In this document: one piece after another, positions 35,949 through 38,673 of the stretch
Layout of the letters: each line of letters opens with the position of its first letter
Numbering within the stretch: position 1 is the stretch's first letter
Source: a virus
Virus record (IMG/VR): IMGVR_UViG_3300031673_006185
Length of the DNA: 38,673 nt
Strand: one strand, 5' to 3'
Notes under the pieces: generated by a model
The model's input: only the letters and a program-made list of their open reading frames with translations
Databases searched by the model: none
Told to the model about the DNA's origin: nothing
Program-made: the position numbers and the translations under genes

Positions 35949-36881
35949 ATGTCAAAATATAAGATCCCTATTGCGGACTCATTGGTCGTAGGCCATGTAG
36001 ATCCTGATGGGGATTCATTGTCTTCCATAAAAGCTGTTATTAACTTTTTAAGGAAGAATGGGAAAACAGCTTATGCGAAAGTACAAGGCCGAGTCCCTGA
36101 GCATCTTTCATGGATCGTTCCTGAAAGTGATAGGGTTGATGATATTCCAGAAGTGGAACAAATCATAGTGTTGGACTGTGCCCCAACCACTGGACGTATA
36201 GGTTTTGATGTTTTACTACCATGTATCAATATAGATCACCATATAACTCGTAAGGATGAGCACTCTCCTAAAAATAAAGTCTATGTTTTGGATAGGTGTT
36301 CAACTGCTGCGGCTCTTATATTAGACTTTGGTATTATTGATGATATTTTATTGGTTGGTTTATATACAGATACGTTTTTTGTTCGCTCTTTAAATGAGGT
36401 ATTTCAAGCGTTTAGTAAATTGGAAATTGAAGATGATACCGCTACGGAGATATTATCTGCCATAAAACCTCATAGATATATGCAGGCATTACTGAGCATT
36501 CAAGATGCAAAGATTCACAAATGCCGCAATGGATTCATGATTGTAGAAGTTGAGGAAACAGATCAGGCTGTAGTATCTGAAATCATGGATACATTGTTTA
36601 AGTATTCAGAAAATGTAGTATTAATAGATGGTTTGACTAAGGCAAGGTTAAGAACATCCAACAAACAACTGATAGAGTCCGGCAAAATAGCTGAAATTGC
36701 TAACATTTTTTCTGGAGGTGGACACGCATTTGCTGCTGGGTGCGATGTAAGTGGAAAAAGAACGGCCTTTCTTGGTGTAATTAAACAACTAAAGGTTCCA
36801 GAGTCTCGAATATCTATTGAGGCTGATGGATATGAGGAAAAGCATGAAAAGCAAGAAAAGCATGAAAAACTTACTAAGTAG
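35949..36881 (+). CDS. nrnA: DHH/DHHA1 phosphoesterase (NrnA-like nanoRNase / pAp phosphatase)
   Basis: DHH motifs HVDPDGDS, LDCAP, NIDHHI, plus DHHA1 GGGHAFAAG; C-terminal EKHEKQEKHEK repeat tail. Confidence 0.7.
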   Translation: MSKYKIPIADSLVVGHVDPDGDSLSSIKAVINFLRKNGKTAYAKVQGRVPEHLSWIVPESDRVDDIPEVEQIIVLDCAPTTGRIGFDVLLPCINIDHHITRKDEHSPKNKVYVLDRCSTAAALILDFGIIDDILLVGLYTDTFFVRSLNEVFQAFSKLEIEDDTATEILSAIKPHRYMQALLSIQDAKIHKCRNGFMIVEVEETDQAVVSEIMDTLFKYSENVVLIDGLTKARLRTSNKQLIESGKIAEIANIFSGGGHAFAAGCDVSGKRTAFLGVIKQLKVPESRISIEADGYEEKHEKQEKHEKLTK

Positions 36882-37518
36882 TATTAAAGAAACAGTTAGT
36901 GTTCCATTAAAGTTTCATTGGTCTGTTTTGTTACTACCAGCTCTTTTAATATTTTATAACGGAGCGTTTGGTATTGTCCTGTTTGCGATGTTGTTTAGCT
37001 CTCTTTTATTCCATGAATATGCTCATGTGTGGATGGCACAGCGACAGAAGTTGTATGTGCCATATGTAATTACTCATGGATTTGGTGCGGCAGCTATGAT
37101 TAGTATGACTGATTTTACTGATTATAAGAAGAATCTAAAAATTGCGATAGCTGGGCCGATAGGATCCTTTATTTTACTTGGCATAGGGTCTGTTTTGTAT
37201 AGTATTTTTCATTTTACCTGGATAATATATTTTGTATACATTAACTTTTTACTTGGAACGTTTAACCTTTTGCCGCTTTTTCCTTCAGATGGTGGCAGGA
37301 TTTTATATTCGTTACTTGGAATGAAGCTTGGTGGGTTCAAGGCTATTAAAATCGCCGTATGGGTCTCGTGGGCACTTTGTGGACTTGGTATACTATATGG
37401 CCTTCTGGCAGGCTCCTGGTGGCTTGTGATCGTTCTGGGGCTACTTATAGTGATGAGTATACAAGAAAAGAAGACAACTGAAGCACGGCTTAATGGCTTC
37501 GAGATTGAATATAAATAA
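36862..37518 (+). CDS. site-2 protease family (M50) intramembrane metalloprotease
   Basis: HEYAH in a TM helix plus NLLPLFPSDGGR (the LDG motif). The start is uncertain (ATG at 36826, 36832, 36844 or 36862); it overlaps the nrnA tail. Confidence 0.7.
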   Translation: MKNLLSSIKETVSVPLKFHWSVLLLPALLIFYNGAFGIVLFAMLFSSLLFHEYAHVWMAQRQKLYVPYVITHGFGAAAMISMTDFTDYKKNLKIAIAGPIGSFILLGIGSVLYSIFHFTWIIYFVYINFLLGTFNLLPLFPSDGGRILYSLLGMKLGGFKAIKIAVWVSWALCGLGILYGLLAGSWWLVIVLGLLIVMSIQEKKTTEARLNGFEIEYK

Positions 37519-37619
37519 AAATTTCCCGCAACGTTTGATTCTAACTTAAATTCGCTGCGACGATTTGTCAAGCAAAAAATCGCACGGCGGGTTAAGTTAT
37601 TGAAATCGCAGGAGATAAA

Positions 37620-37919
37620 ATGAACGAAGAGTTTTCTTGTCCGCTGTGTAATAGAAAAATTGAAATACTTACTGATCATCATATTGTTCCTAAAAGCAGA
37701 GGCGGATCAGAACTGATAAGTATATGTAAAGATTGTCATAAACAAGTACACGCTCTATTTGATAACAAAACTCTTGAAGAAAGCCTAAATACCGTCGAAA
37801 CATTATTAGCCAATGAGCAATTTAGTAAGTATATTAAATGGGTTATTAATCGTCCGTCGGGAATCGTACACAAGGCAAAGAGATCAAAAGAAACTAAAAA
37901 GCGTGGAAGACGGGGATAA
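37620..37919 (+). CDS. small HNH endonuclease
   Basis: CPLCNRK...DHHIVPKSRGG...ICKDCHKQVH; RBS AGGAG. Confidence 0.6.
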   Translation: MNEEFSCPLCNRKIEILTDHHIVPKSRGGSELISICKDCHKQVHALFDNKTLEESLNTVETLLANEQFSKYIKWVINRPSGIVHKAKRSKETKKRGRRG

Positions 37920-38105
37920 CCTGCCAATAAATTGATATTATTATATATCACGTTTAACGGAGGTTTCCATGGATTTTGTATATGGCTTAATTATTGGCTG
38001 TGTTGGCGGCCCTCTGGCATGGGAAATACTTAAAGTAGTATACTACAAACTAAAGCATAAATCAACTATAAGATAGAAAATTTCTATAACATTTTTTTAA
38101 AACAG

Positions 38106-38133
38106 AGAAGCGCTTTGCGCTTCTTTTTTTTTT
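38106..38133 (+). terminator. rho-independent terminator
   Basis: AGAAGCGC-TTTG-GCGCTTCT followed by T10. Confidence 0.7.
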
Positions 38134-38287
38134 GATAGGAAGAAATATGTTTAATTGTATGTGGATTGTATTTGGCGGATCGACAGAATGTCCGATAATT
38201 ATTAAGTTTATTACCAATAAATGCGAGCTAATGTCTTTCCAACTCAAAGAAAATGAGTGGGTGGAAGAGTTTGAGATCGATACACAT

Positions 38288-38673
38288 TATGAAAAAACTT
38301 ACTAAAAAACAATTGAAAGATATAAGAGAAAATCCTGATAACCAAAAATGGGATTATATTTCAACATATCAAAAACTTTCTGAGGATTTCATAGCAGAGT
38401 TCCAAGATAAAGTTGATTGGATTTATATTTCAGCATATCAAAAGTTATCTCAAGATTTCATCGCAGAGTTCCAAAATAAGGTTGATTGGATTTATATTTC
38501 AAAACATCAAAAACTTTCTGAGGATTTCATAGCAGAGTTCCAAGATAAGGTTGATTGGCTTTATATTTCAACATATCAAAAACTTTCTGAGGATTTCATA
38601 GCAGAGTTCCAAAATAAGGTTGATTGGATTTATATTTCAAAACATCAAAAACTTTCTGAGGATTTCATAGCAG
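38288..38673 (+). CDS. YQKLSEDFI-repeat family protein (5' part; continues beyond the window)
   Basis: MKKLTKKQLKDIRENPDNQKWDYISTYQKLSEDFIAEFQDKVDW, then near-identical 22-aa repeats; open to the window end. Confidence 0.6.
38340..38673 (+). repeat. 66-bp tandem DNA repeat (five or more copies, >85% identical) inside the repeat-protein gene
   Basis: TATTTCAACATATCAAAAACTTTCTGAGGATTTCATAGCAGAGTTCCAAGATAAGGTTGATTGG recurs with only a few substitutions per copy. Confidence 0.8.

Noticed and set aside
36817-36881. The EKHEKQEKHEK tail of NrnA and the S2P 5' region read in two frames, considered as a programmed frameshift or fusion.
   Set aside because: A short purine-rich repeat easily yields open frames in both directions. 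Simple gene overlap with an internal ATG start for the S2P gene is sufficient.
38340-38673. Regular 66-bp direct repeats, which might suggest a CRISPR array.
   Set aside because: The repeats are contiguous with no unique spacers, lie in one long open reading frame and encode a 22-aa protein repeat. No cas genes are present.

Overview
The window is 38.7 kb, low in GC and densely coding, with about 60 credible genes, every one of them on the + strand. Most genes have Shine-Dalgarno sites and many have short start/stop overlaps, so the layout is prokaryotic or phage-like and unidirectionally transcribed. Many small hypothetical ORFs, two HNH endonucleases, an RNA ligase and a DNA ligase sit beside 'cellular' genes: GroEL, Lon, an AAA ATPase, IF3, peptide deformylase, ribosomal protein S21, thioredoxin, nicotinate phosphoribosyltransferase, an NrnA-like DHH phosphoesterase and a site-2 protease. 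That mix fits a large (jumbo or huge) bacteriophage or phage-like element better than a bacterial chromosome, though a streamlined bacterium cannot be ruled out. I saw no rRNA, tRNA, CRISPR array, integrase or transposase. The two most unusual items are (i) an 851-aa major vault protein (MVP) homolog that forms an overlapping operon with a RlaP-type nucleotidyltransferase and a Cys/Pro-rich lipoprotein, and (ii) an operon encoding a ubiquitin-like conjugation set (E2-like, JAB/JAMM isopeptidase, ThiF-type E1), preceded by two candidate ubiquitin-like genes and co-operonic with an NAD-salvage enzyme. Other notable points are a paralogous family of 22-residue 'YQKLSEDFI' repeat proteins (one copy carries near-identical 66-bp tandem DNA repeats), a peptide deformylase fused to a SEC-C zinc motif, and several clean intrinsic terminators with near-identical GC stems. 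All functional calls rest on motifs read directly from the translations; no database search was run.
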